A DNA stretch of 64,000 nt, from assembly GCF_041956535.1 (NCBI RefSeq), contig NW_027192193.1, positions 281,288-345,287 of the forward strand. Reading direction: 5' to 3'. The notes beneath the pieces were generated by a model. That model saw nothing but the letters and a program-made list of their open reading frames with translations. It searched no databases and was not told the origin of the DNA. Origin of the DNA: Calcarisporiella thermophila CBS 279.70 (lineage: Eukaryota > Fungi > Calcarisporiellomycota). Made by a program: the position numbers and the translations under genes. This document shows, piece after piece, positions 12,164-24,695 of this stretch (position 1 is the stretch's first letter; each line of letters starts with the position of its first letter).

Positions 12164-13734
12164 GAAAATGGGCTGGATCACCAGAACAGATGATAGAATA
12201 TGAATCTAGAGAATCAAGCGTATACGATGGAGCGGCAGAGCTCGGTGGTTATCACTTGTGGTATCACACGGTCTTGGGGGGGGTCTCTTGAAATGCTTGC
12301 TCCTCCTCCTCTTCACTCGATGGACACTACGGTTGTTTGGTCTGGGCAAGAAAGGCACACGCGCACCTCAAAGAAAGGCTTGCGGAGAATGCAGCAGGCA
12401 GAATCACGAGGGGGTGAAGGAGATGGGGCGCGGGCGGAGGAGCGGGCGCGGGAGAGGGGGAGAGGAGGGAGCCTGCGGGCCAGGGCCGCTCCTTTAATTT
12501 ATACTGGGAAGGGGAAATTTTATCTTGGACGGAGTAGGAATTCGATAACGCAAAACGCGCACCGTTCCTAATTCCGGCATAACGCGTCGGCTTGGGAGAT
12601 CCTGTCTCGAACGGTCCAAAATCACCGCATCCAACGCTTTTCATTTCCTGCATGGACTCTGAAAAGCGAGGGATTTTTGGGCGATTTGGCCGGCCGCACA
12701 CGTGTGCGTGGCAAATGGCATCCCATGGCCACCCGCTTCATAAATGTTTACGCGGGCTGAATTGGCGTGCTTCTAAAAATACGCAGGGGCCCTGGCGTGG
12801 GCCCTCTGGGGGCGTGCCGGGTCGCGGATCGAGGAGCAAGCATGGGCCGCAGTAGCAGACGAAGCGCGCATGCCATCCTCCCCGCCGGATATCTTATCGC
12901 CCTCTGCCTTGGCCGGCTCCTGGCCTTCATGCGCATTTTAGCTTTGCGGCCGACCGCCAGGATTTGGCCACCCGGCGCCTGAGTGGTGCCTGCGGGCCTT
13001 GCATCTAACCGGATATTGCTGGACTGGGCCTATTTTCCTGCCCCAATCCAGCTCATGCCGCCCTGCATTCATGCACTGCGCCCAGGATGCCAACCGGTAG
13101 GGCCCTCCTCAGACTGGTCCAGAACAGAGGCCATTAGAGCTTGCATCGATTCATGTGCGGGAGATCGCATGCCTGAATTGACTTGTCTTGAACGGGCCTT
13201 CAATTGCTTGCAGCCAAAGCCCCCGTAGCGCTGCAAGATAATCACAACACCACCAGCGATGGATGGCAACAGCGGCCCCTGAATGGGAGTGTCGTGTCAA
13301 TAAAGCCTAAGCTTTAGGGTTTATTATGGTAAGACTTCACAAGCTATTAGCTCAGTCTTAGCCCAAGCATTCACGTACCTGTGTAATATAGCCCAGCTTG
13401 AGACCACATGGGCAGGAAAGCACCCAGACCAAAATGATGCACGAGATATCATGGGGGAAGGATGAAAAGGATCCTTTTCCCTCCTCATAATATTTTGCAG
13501 TGACATACAACCCTGGGCAAGATAGTCACAAGAGCGTGCGCAACTAGACTCGTCACCCTCTCTCCCTCAATCCTGCCATGAAAGACGTCCATGATATAAA
13601 TTTTGTTTATTTTAAAGGACCTCACGAGGATATATTAATTCGATACAATAATAATGAAAATCAAGAATTTCAGGCAAAATGTATAAACGGAAATTTACAG
13701 TCCCAATAAAAAAATAAAGGAAATGAACATAGTC

Positions 13735-15170
13735 TCAGGTCGCCCCATCAGTGGAGCCAGAAGCCTGGTCGCTTCTGGTGGGATGGGCTCGCACCGTCTT
13801 TAGGCTTAGTCGCTCCTTACTCATCTTTGGCGTAAGAACGCCTTTTAGTTGACCCTCGCCCCCACGCTCACCACCCTCTCCCCCATCTTCACCCGCCTCG
13901 CGCTCGCCCCCCGCCCGGATTGGTTGCCTGGTTGCCGCGCCCATGTCCCCTATGGCAAGACCCTCCACCATCCTCCTCGCATCCTCCTCCGGCCCATCCG
14001 CGTTCTCGCCGTTCACCGAAGAACCCCTCTGCACTCGCAGCAGGGCCAGCTCATTCTCGACGGCTTCGCTTCGCCTTACGTGCCCTTCCAACACCTCCCT
14101 CATCCTTTCGTGCTCCGTCCGCCAGTGCTCTTCCCTCTCGTGGAGCAGTCGCTCCAGCTGCTGGACCTGGCCTCGGAGCTCTGCCGTCTCGTGATCGTGG
14201 CTGACGATATTGTCCTGCATTTGCTGCCTAAGCTGCTCGATGTGCACTCGGTGGCCGTCGAGGAGGCGGATGTTGTTGTTGAGCTCCTTGGTGTGCGCAA
14301 TAAGCTTTCGGTTCAATTTCTCGATATGTTCATTCTGGGCGGGAGTATCAACATGAGTCGTAACCTCTTCTTCGGTCCCCAACTGAAGATGCATTTCAAC
14401 CACTCACCTTTTCTTTTAGCTTGCCCAGCAATTCTCCATTTTGGCGCTGTGCCTCGCCCAGTTTGCGTTGGGTATCGGCTAAATTCCTCTCTAAATTCGA
14501 GCATTGCGATGTCAATGCGGACACCAAATTGGTTCCCTCCTCTAACAGCATCTCGTTGGATCGATATCGCTCCGCAATGTCCGCATACTGGGCCAACTTG
14601 GTCTCGAGTACAGCAATGGTTTGCTGTTGAGCGTGGACAATATCCTCGACCGATGCGGGGACACCCTGGGCAATGCCAAGCAAAGGCTCAGGGGGATGGA
14701 TGGGGTCGGCGTATCGCGCGGAGGGCGAGAAGGAAAGATGATCTATCGACGATCGGGGGGAGGTGTTGCGATGGATGAAGTTGGATCTAAATAGAGTGGA
14801 ACCAGCCGAATAGTAAGCATTCCCCTGGCCTTTGGAGGAAGGGGGAAGGATTTGGGGGGCTGAAAAACAAATGCTGAGAAGAATGGCACCTACAAATAAT
14901 CATCGGAGGATGCGTCTTGGCCGGTTAAACGCGGAGATGTATGCGAAGATTCCGACGCGATGCTCGATGGGTTGCTGGGTGCACGAGGGCGTAGCTGGAT
15001 GCCATTCTGGAAAGATTCGGTGTCGCTTGATCGCTTTCTATACGCTTTCTAGATTGGAAATGGGCAAGAGAAAGCGGTATCAGTAACATGTCGATGCCAT
15101 GGATCGATCGAAGGGGTGGGGAGGAGGCGGGACGGCTTACTTTTCTTCTGGCAGCCCCCGAGGCATCCAT
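13735..15170 (-). CDS. Uncharacterised coiled-coil protein, about 4 exons
   Basis: Heptad-rich ORFs 14396..14683 and 13735..14403 linkable by GT-AG introns to an ATG at 15170. Confidence 0.65.
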
Positions 15171-15469
15171 GCTAGAGTCAAGGAATAAATTAAAATGCAG
15201 AATAAGCGTGGATAGAAAAGCGAGTAGGGGCAGGGTCTAGCGTGAATATGAATTGAGTGCGGAGAACTATCCGCCACTCGATTGGAACACGGGACTCATC
15301 GACGTTTATGGGTGACGTATTGTAACGAAAACAAATAGCTTTGGTAAGTATTGCAAATCCTGGCGGAGCTTAAACTTTTTATATTGTGCTAAAAATGAAT
15401 TTGGTAACATTTGGATTCTTCCGAAATAAGGGGGAGAGGGAGGAGGGGGAGGAGGGGGAGGAGGGGAGG

Positions 15470-16326
15470 NNNNNNNNNNNNNNNNNNNNNNNNNNNNNNN
15501 NNNNNNNNNNNNNNNNNNNNNNNNNNNNNNNNNNNNNNNNNNNNNNNNNNNNNNNNNNNNNNNNNNNNNNNNNNNNNNNNNNNNNNNNNNNNNNNNNNNN
15601 NNNNNNNNNNNNNNNNNNNNNNNNNNNNNNNNNNNNNNNNNNNNNNNNNNNNNNNNNNNNNNNNNNNNNNNNNNNNNNNNNNNNNNNNNNNNNNNNNNNN
15701 NNNNNNNNNNNNNNNNNNNNNNNNNNNNNNNNNNNNNNNNNNNNNNNNNNNNNNNNNNNNNNNNNNNNNNNNNNNNNNNNNNNNNNNNNNNNNNNNNNNN
15801 NNNNNNNNNNNNNNNNNNNNNNNNNNNNNNNNNNNNNNNNNNNNNNNNNNNNNNNNNNNNNNNNNNNNNNNNNNNNNNNNNNNNNNNNNNNNNNNNNNNN
15901 NNNNNNNNNNNNNNNNNNNNNNNNNNNNNNNNNNNNNNNNNNNNNNNNNNNNNNNNNNNNNNNNNNNNNNNNNNNNNNNNNNNNNNNNNNNNNNNNNNNN
16001 NNNNNNNNNNNNNNNNNNNNNNNNNNNNNNNNNNNNNNNNNNNNNNNNNNNNNNNNNNNNNNNNNNNNNNNNNNNNNNNNNNNNNNNNNNNNNNNNNNNN
16101 NNNNNNNNNNNNNNNNNNNNNNNNNNNNNNNNNNNNNNNNNNNNNNNNNNNNNNNNNNNNNNNNNNNNNNNNNNNNNNNNNNNNNNNNNNNNNNNNNNNN
16201 NNNNNNNNNNNNNNNNNNNNNNNNNNNNNNNNNNNNNNNNNNNNNNNNNNNNNNNNNNNNNNNNNNNNNNNNNNNNNNNNNNNNNNNNNNNNNNNNNNNN
16301 NNNNNNNNNNNNNNNNNNNNNNNNNN
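15470..16326. other. Assembly gap (N run) flanked by GGA/G-rich purine repeats
   Basis: 857 N; ORFs spanning it are artefacts. Confidence 1.
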
Positions 16327-16454
16327 GGGGGAGAGGGATATTGAAATAAAATACATGATAGAATGGAGCCTGGAGTAGTACTGAAAAATGACCTTGGGTT
16401 ACAAATTATCACCAATATAATGGAAATCAGTATTTTGTGGACGGAGATGGGCAT

Positions 16455-17662
16455 CTAGAGCAGAAGGCTGGCAAGCAGGCCCGAGAATGCCACCCAGCCC
16501 ATTCCAGCGGCGAGACTTCCAGCGGCGCTGTTGCTCACGGTGTTAGTAGGCTGCGTCGTATTGAGCATACCCTGCGGAGGCAGTAGCACTGAATCAATCA
16601 CATGAATAACTCCATTGGCCGTGAGCAGGTTGGGCCACTCCACGTTCGCGGACTTGTTGCGTGCGTCGCGCAGCACCACACCTGAGTCTCTCAGGAGGGC
16701 TGTCACATTTCCCCCTTGCACCGTTTTGATGGTGAGGTTGTTGGTGATTAGATTCGAATAGTAGATATCGGGGTGCACCAGGTGGTATTTGAGCACGTTT
16801 GCAATCTCGGTGTCATTCAATCCGCCCAGATCGGCCTTGCTGAACGCATCGTTGGTGGGAGCAAACAGCGTGATTCCGGTAAAGTTGTTAAGAGTCTGCG
16901 TGAGGTTGGTTTGATCGAGCAGCGACTCCAGTCTGGTCAGCTTCGCCTGGTGCAGCACGTCGGTCGCATTCTTTGGGATCTCCAAGAGCTAATGGCATAC
17001 AAGGGAGGGGGGGAAGGGGTATGAATGGATGCCTTTCACATGGATTCTCTTTGGGCCGTTGGCCATTCGACACCTACCTTATCGATGATATGGACTACTC
17101 CGTTCTTGAAAATCGTGTCTGCCTGCTGTACCTTGGCTGCATCGATGCCGTAGTTGATGAACATGCCAGTGTCGTTTTTGATGACGCCTACGACCTGGTG
17201 GCCTCCGTTGGGGAGGTTCACGAGGGTCTTGTTGTCCAGTAGGGTCTGCACATGGCTGATGCTGTTGTTGAGCTGGTCATTGCGCCAAGCGCCCTGGACG
17301 ATATGGTATTTGATGATGTTGGAGAGGGTCGTGTTGTCGATGCTCTGGAGGGAGGAGAGCTGAGTCGTCGCGGGATTTGGCCTAAGGGAAGCAACCAAGA
17401 GCAGATCAGTCTTGCTTGGATGCGCAAAGCGAATGAGCTCGAAGAATACTCACGCAAAGACCGTATAGTTCTTGGAGGTGTCGTTGAGAGCGTCCGAGAG
17501 GTTAGCGCGCTGTAAGATCCCAGCCAGCTGTGCAAACTGCTCATTTTGACCCGCAGCCGCGGTGAGCGCTTGTACAATGGTCAAATTTTCCGTGGGCTGC
17601 TGCTGTGCAAGAACAGGCGCGAACACGGCTAGGCCACACAAGAGGATGCTCGTGAAATGCAT
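16455..17662 (-). CDS. Fasciclin protein (two FAS1 domains), secreted, probable GPI anchor
   Basis: Signal peptide; YTVFA|P, IIKYHIV, NGVVHIIDKV, ITLFAPTNDAF, VLKYHLV, NGVIHVIDSVLLP; many N-X-S/T sites; hydrophobic C-terminus; two introns. Confidence 0.92.
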
Positions 17663-18499
17663 AGTTACAGATGGGTGGTGTGGAGCGAGGCGGGAGGTAC
17701 TAACTGCAAGAGGAGGGCGCGCGGTTAGAGAGAAGGACGAGAAAAAAGTGAAAAACGGATGAAAAAGGTGAAGCTCGAAAAATGCATTTATACCACATGC
17801 AGCCGTAAGGGCGTAGTGCTTAGAATGGAAGAGAGAGAGGGGGTTGCCACCGAGGAAAATTCTGCGAAACCGTTCGCAATCTTAGGGTTCCTCCCCCCTT
17901 CATACAGTGCAGTATTTGTGCTAGCATCACGCAGGCGGAAGGGATTTGTCAGAGGCCATTTGGCCGATATGGAATGCGGGCATAACTCTAGACAACGTCG
18001 GGAGGAAACGAATGATTTCTGATTGCAAAATATGCTCTCGGCCATGATGCCATTCCTCTTTCTCTTTGGAAGGGAGGAATCCCGATAGATCGCGATCTTT
18101 TCGCCCTCTTGGCAGACGGGCATCCCCCCCCCCTCCAAAATCGGCCCTGTCTGCAAACTCTAATAGCATTTTCGTTCAACTCCGATGGGCAAAATCGAGC
18201 CAACGAATTATACACTCGTCGCGGATAGCTGCTCATGACCATGTTATCTCAGCTATCATCCGGCATATTAGATCGCCGAGGCCTTTACACGAGCAGTACT
18301 ATGGTGGGACAAGCAGAAATGGGAGGAATGTGATGGAAGCTTGGATATGAAAAAGTCCAATTTCGTGCTTGACTATTCTGGGGTGTGTTTAGCCACCACT
18401 ACTATCACCAGAGAAGGATAACAGGAGAGACCTCTTAAGATGGAAGAGTTTAAAGCGGCACCAGCTGGAGAGTTATGGCTACTCAAACTATGTTATCGG

Positions 18500-18720
18500 T
18501 GCTACACAACCTAAAAGATAGTGATATTTCCTCTTCATAATGTCATATTGTCAATCCCCTTACATAACCTTGTCAATTTTTCTATCTCCAAAGTGTGTTC
18601 CCCTGAAAACAATTTCTGACGCCGGCGTGACTGGAAATTATATCATGGCATTGATGCGAGTAACGTAAGGATATGCGATAGTGGGAACTGAGCCAAGATC
18701 GTGATATTATCCTCAAGATC
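18500..18720 (-). mobile_element. Possible highly degenerate Ty3/gypsy integrase zinc-binding (HHCC) remnant
   Basis: Translation CHDIISSHAGVRN...LWR*KN*QGYVRGLTI* resembles HD....GH.G...W....V..YV..C..C; many stops. Confidence 0.3.
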
Positions 18721-19338
18721 TCTCCTACGCCTCCCTGAATTCTTATATTCATGCAGTAGACCCTGATGATAATTCTCCATTGGGAAGCAAAGCAATACAA
18801 GATGAGTTGGCTGGGCAAACCGTTGCATAACAGATTCAATGAGCCCTCAAAAGTACCGTGGAAATAATGAGGAGAGGGAGGGATATCCAATGCTGCCCCA
18901 ATTCCATCATATACGCCTTTCTACTATATCACAGAATTTATCTGTTGTAATCCTAATCCTTTCCCTTGTCTATTCATTCCAGCTGTGTTATTGGGATGGC
19001 AATTAAAAGCTCTAGGTCAAATTAAGCTGTAATCTTAGAGTGGATAATGGCGAGCCGCAGAAAATAAAATAAATTGTTAAAATATCCCATCTACCCAGAG
19101 AGACGGTAGACTTTTTCATAGGTTGAAACGGCGACCACTAGGTCAATCGATGTTGCCTTTTCAGCCGAATGGATTATCCATGCGTTAATCCATACGAAAA
19201 TGTTGGAGCGGTTATTTTCTTTTATGTTTATAGCATCATATATCAAGTTTGCGACAAAAAATGCAGAGCATAGAGAATATGGATTCTATTCACATTATTC
19301 AAATAGGATTCTTTTTTTTTTTACAAGAAGGTTTATCT

Positions 19339-19558
19339 CTAGAAGTATTGCTTCGCATACTCGATCGCGTAAGGGGCTATTAGAAGTTAAAAATAATCAA
19401 TAAACATATCGAAATCTTGAGTAGCCAAAGGCCGGTGACTCACCGATGCGGATGGCAACCACGATCTTCACAAAATTAGAGATGGCATTCAAGGTTCTCC
19501 TCCGGTTCTCAGCCTTCTCTTCTTCGGTCAATTTTGGGGGGGCCTGAGGCATAAACAT
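19339..19558 (-). CDS. TOM5: Mitochondrial import receptor subunit Tom5 (50 aa, 2 exons; absent from ORF track)
   Basis: Exons 19558-19444 and 19376-19339 give MFMPQAPPKLTEEEKAENRRRTLNAISNFVKIVVAIRIAPYAIEYAKQYF*, matching the Tom5 pattern (acidic patch, TM helix with conserved Pro). Confidence 0.85.
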
Positions 19559-19805
19559 GTTATATTATAGCTTTCGTGCTATTGTGCAATACTAGTTTCA
19601 TTAGAATAAAAAAGCTCATAACTCGATTGGAGAATTCAATCACTTACAAATAGGATACGATCAGGAATCGATTGCGAACAACAATAAGGGCCCTAGGCTT
19701 GCCGTTGTATGGATGGGAAGTGGCGCAGTTTATTTATGCTACTTTGGCCACCCATTCTCCTCGCCTGGGCCACTTCGAGAATAGAGAGTAGAACGAATAA
19801 AGAAA

Positions 19806-20930
19806 ATGCATCGCTGGGGATCCCTAATTGTGCGATCGGCCTCTAGTTTACGAACGCCATCGCGTGTACGATCTACTGTATTACGTACATACTCTACGAA
19901 TGACAATGCAGCAATCAAAGGTAATGTCATGGCTATATGCTTATTAAGTGGAGAGGAGGCATCTAATTTTGCTCTGTACGGGCACAGTTAGCGAGAAGAC
20001 GATGCGGCGCTTCTGGAAGACAGCCACGGTCCACGAAATGGAGGGCAAGTTAACTGTGGCACTCGATGGTCGTCCCATCAAGACTCCAGATGGCCAGAAA
20101 ATCCTCCTTACCTCTGGACAGCGCCCTCTAGCAGGGCTGTTGGCCGCCGAGTGGGATAGTCAGGCTCGTGTGTTGAAGACGCACTCACTCCCTTTAACTT
20201 CACTGGTTGCGCGCGCCATCGACGGATTCTCAAAGGAAAATGGCGAGGAGAAGAAGGAGGCTATTGAAAGACTGATGAAATATTTGGATACCGATGCCGT
20301 ATGGTAAAGACCTTACCCCTCCCCACTCTACCTCTACACACTTGCCACCAAGTTGCTAATTGATTTCTTTTTCTATGTTGGCCAGCTTTCACGAAGAATT
20401 CCCCGAGTCTCTTGTTAAGCTGCAGACCCAATATTGGGATCCTATCATCGCTTGGGCCCGAAAAGAATTCAACGTCACCATACGCAAACAGGAGGGTATA
20501 TTGGCTACCGGCCAACCCGAAGAGACTCACCAAGCCATGCGGTCTATCGTTGAATCGCTCAGTCCTCTTGAGCTAGCTGGTAGGGATGGAGTTGTCCATT
20601 GAACGGGACTTATGCGATGCTAACCTCACTCTCCTTGCCAATGATGGTAGCATTCGAGCGAGCAACCATGGTGACAAAATCCTTTTTGACCGCTTTGGCC
20701 CTGGTCAAGCGCGCAATTTCCCTGGAGCATGCAGCGCAGGCGGCGCATGTCGAGGTCAACTGGCAGATCGAGCGATGGGGCGAGGTGGAAGATAGTAAGT
20801 TCCAACCCCCCATTCCCATTTTTTATATATTGAGGTATTAACCTATTAACGTGCTGTATCCTTAGCTCACGACGTGGATCGGGAGGAGGTGAGGCGGCAA
20901 CTAGGATCATGTGTGTGCGCGCTTTTGTAA
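19806..20930 (+). CDS. ATP12: F1-ATPase assembly chaperone Atp12/ATPAF2
   Basis: RRFWKTATV, VALDGRPIKTP, AAEWDSQ, LPLTSLVARAID, YLDTD, EVNWQIERWGEVED|THDVD; Arg/Ser-rich presequence; 4 introns. Confidence 0.93.
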
Positions 20931-21155
20931 TATTTGTTTCTGTCCTCTTCTTTAATAGACCCTTCAAAAATACATACCTCTCCAAAAAAAAAATCCCCTT
21001 TTTCGATTCTTTATGAAGTGTGCCAAGCCACATTCTGACGATAGAATTTCTGGTCGACGGGGCAACTTTTTGTTCGTCGCGTCCCATCCCTTCTTCGTAT
21101 TCCATCACTTATTCTCGGGGGGAGAGCTAGAAAGAAATCTATATAATTAACCATC

Positions 21156-22784
21156 ATGGTTCTCCGCTCTTTCTCCCTTCTCATTTCCCTCCTCGTCTTC
21201 TTCTGCATCGTTGGCCATGTCCTGGCTAGTGCATCACACATCGTCAACGACAATCTAATGCGCATCATCGATCTCACCACCCCCATTGTACGTGAACAGG
21301 TATCGGTCCGCTTTGAAAACAAGGGTGCATCCCCCATTTCGGAGTACGACTTTCTTGTAAGAAGGGAATGGTGTGATAAGGTTGCCGATTTGGTTGCAGA
21401 GGATAAGAAAACGAGCGTCAACTTAGAGGTCACCAAGGGCTCTTTGATGAATCAGTAAGAAGCTTCACCCCTTATTATCAACATGAATAGGCGTTTATTT
21501 CTTCTGATCGGTCGACATTGCCATGCTTTTTTATTAATAGAGGCCAAATTTACAAGATCCGTCTCAATAATCCTATTGCCCAGGGCGAGAAAACAACCAT
21601 CACGGTAAAGATAGCTTATGTGCACGGTTTAGAGGCGACGCCCAAAGCCATTCGGCAAATGGAAAAACAAATTCTTCATTACCACGGGCGAAAGTATTTT
21701 GAGTCTCCCTACGAGATTCGGAAGCAAAAGACCATCGTCAAGTAAGCTTTGAAAACTTTGAACGATGCCCAATTTATATAATCGAGCTCATATTCGCGAT
21801 TTTTTTTTTTTCGCAATAGAACACCTGTCGGCATGGCTGTCAAACACTACTCCAGCGGCCCAGCAGTTGAACACAAGGATAGTACGATCACATATGGCCC
21901 CTTTGAAACTGCTCAGATTAAAAACGCCGATGAGGAGTTGGACGTCTTGTTTGAATATCGCAAGGCGGTGCTTACAGTCCCGACGCTCCAGCGCGATCTT
22001 AAGATAAGCCACTGGGGCGGAAATTTGGGAGTGGAAGAACACTATGCGCTACGGGTCGATGGTGCCAAGTATGCGGTTGCTCCTATATTTGACATTACTG
22101 TTGGAATATTCACACCTACGTTGTCTGTTGATTTTTAGGCTCAGCGGCCAATTCTCTCGCCTCCTCTTCGCCGGCCAGCAAAATCTTGAGAGCTACTTTT
22201 CGTTTGTGCGTCAACTTGCCTTCAACCTTCCCCAGCATGCTCGCGATGTATTTTATCGCGACGAAATAGGCAATGTGTCAACCTCCCACCTGCGACATGA
22301 ACCGAGAAATAAACAAGCCCTTCTCCAGATTCAACCCAGATACCCCCTCTTCGGCGGCTGGAATTACACCTTCTACTACGGATACAACACTCCTCTCGCC
22401 GACTTCGCACGATTCCACAATCCATCGGGACGATACATCCTCAACGTGCCCTTCGTGAAATCGCTGCCGAATGTGGCCCACGAGCTCGTGGCACTCAACA
22501 TCACGCTGCCGGAGGGAGCGCGAAATATTCGAGTGCATCTGCCGTTCGCGGTTGATAAGCAGCTGCACACTACGCGCTTCACAACCTTGGATACAATGGG
22601 GAGGACCATGGTCTACCTAGAGAAGCGGAACGTGGTTGACGAACACGCCCGTGAATTGCAAATCTCGTACGAGTATCCAACCCATCTCTTGCTCCGGAAG
22701 CCCTTGGTGGCGAGTGCCGCCTTTGCTGCTCTCTTCGCCATAAGTATGCTCTACTCACGGATGGAGTTCAAGATTGGGAAGTAG
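21156..22784 (+). CDS. OST1: Oligosaccharyltransferase subunit Ost1/ribophorin I
   Basis: Signal peptide; ISHWGGNLGVEEHY, FYRDEIGNVSTSH, PRYPLFGGWNYTF, TLDTMGR, KPL plus C-terminal TM; 3 introns. Confidence 0.95.
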
Positions 22785-23439
22785 ACTCTGATCCAAAAAG
22801 AAAAAATGTTGTATATTTTTTTTATTTTCCCTCGTCCGAGGGAAGGGAGGAAGGGCAGGTGTGCGCTTTTTTCTTTCTTTTTTCTTATCTTATTTTCTCT
22901 CTTGTTATCTGAAAAGGTTAAATATATATACACTCTATTTTCTTGCTTTTTTTTGGCACTTCATGATGAGTGAATGCAAGCTTCTTAGAGATAGTACCGG
23001 TCATGGGCCGTGGATCTCAGAGCACATTTCAGCGGCCCCCCTCTCCCACAAACATTACATCCCACACAAACCATTTGATGGTTTAGATACTATTATTAAA
23101 AATAAAACCCACCGCATTTCCTACAAATCGAGCATTTTTTTTTTAACGAATTTGGTCTTTTGCACAGATGGAGGGGGCAGTTAAGTGGAGGACAGAGAAA
23201 AAAAAATGCAAAGCTATATAATAATATACAAAATATAAACTGCATCTACCATACTGTTGGAGGTAGGGGGGGGGGGACGGCCGCAGTGGCGGTGGCGACG
23301 ACAGGAGGGAGATGGGAAAATTGAATAGATAATCAACTCTATAATACAGAAGCCATGGCTAAAAGTACATTTATAAACGTGGAGACATCTGGTTTGACGC
23401 GGTTGGTTTGTTTCCATATACAATGGCTCAGCTATATGT

Positions 23440-24695
23440 TCAAATTAGTTCCCCCAACGGGAAAGAACGTGCCCCTGTATATCCCCGCATCCCAATATAC
23501 TGTACATCCACATTCTCCGAGCACTTCTCAGACCGCAGCAGTTTGACCAATAAATACTTGGCAGATCTAAAGGCAAATTGACCTCATCAGTCAAGCTTTT
23601 GGCTCGACAGTTTAAAGGCGGCTTCTTACCGGTGCTTCAGCGGGACCCGAGTGCAGTAGTTCGACGAGGCCTCCAGGTGGAAGAAAGCGGCAGGCAGAAG
23701 CTCATCGGGGGCAGAAGCAAGGCCTTGCGACTTGGTGATGAGATCGTCGTAATCACGCTGCGTAAAGTTATCGTATTTTAAGGTGGCTAACCAGCAATTA
23801 TTCAGTACAACATAGACAAAAAGAGGATGGGCACTGCTTTATTTTTCGGGTACCTTGCAACGGAATGAGATCATGCGAAATAAATAGCATGCCTTCTTTA
23901 CCTAAAGCCAAGGATAAAAGTAGGGATCAGTCACGACATCGGGTCACCATAGAGGCATCCCAAATTTGTAAGCTCTTACATGGTGCGGTAAATCCTTGGG
24001 TGGGCGCCTTCACTACCAGCTCGGTAAGCACACAGGATGTTGATGAAGAGCCGGGTTGTGAATCGCTGAATCGGAAGAGTATATTGATGTTGCCGCTTTT
24101 GGATGAGCTAAACACATACTCATTTAGTACGCATCCATACCCCTACCGACCAGAACAAGGAAAGGTCTCACCAGTACACATTGTTGTCATCCTTTAATAC
24201 ATTTTCCACGGAATAGGCAGGGCTGCAGAGTACGTGCCATCAGAACCGAATTAAATTCAACATGAAAAAGAGCGCAAGCATTTACCTGTAGTCGCCTCCG
24301 TCAGTATACACGACTTTGAAGTTTAGCATATATTCATCCTCGACATCAACGATGCAATTACGCTTTTTTTCATCCTCTTCCCGTATTCTTTCTCCAGCTC
24401 GCCCTTCGCCAGCTTCCTCCATCCTCGCGCTGAAATTCGGAGTTGCCGTAGCTTGCGTTCCGGCATAGCGTGTGCGCCGCATATAATGTCTGTGCAGAGA
24501 AGATGAGGACTCGATGCGAGTTTGCGAGAAGGGTGGCTCCTCTGAGTGAGACTGGGTCGGTGGCGAGGGCGGAATTTGAAGCTGCTCAGGGTCGTTACCG
24601 AGAAGATTGCGCATGTTTCGAAGATAATGCTGCAGGGCTAGCGCGGCACGCATGTTATGGGCGGAATCGGGTTCGAGGATGGGGGTAAATTGCAT
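23440..24695 (-). CDS. Conserved fungal hypothetical protein, discoidin/galactose-binding-like (muskelin-N-like) fold suspected
   Basis: Spliced motifs YTDGGDY|SPAYSVENVLKDDNNVY, LVVKAPTQGFTAPC, AKYLLVKLL, ENVDVQYIGMRGY..PLGELI*. Confidence 0.7.

Noticed and set aside
6350-12193. Long antisense and alternate-frame ORFs over the chitin deacetylase, ACAD and MFS genes
   Set aside because: Expected shadows of high-GC3 coding sequence; no recognisable motifs
15306-16454. Long ORFs spanning the first N gap
   Set aside because: Artefacts of N translation
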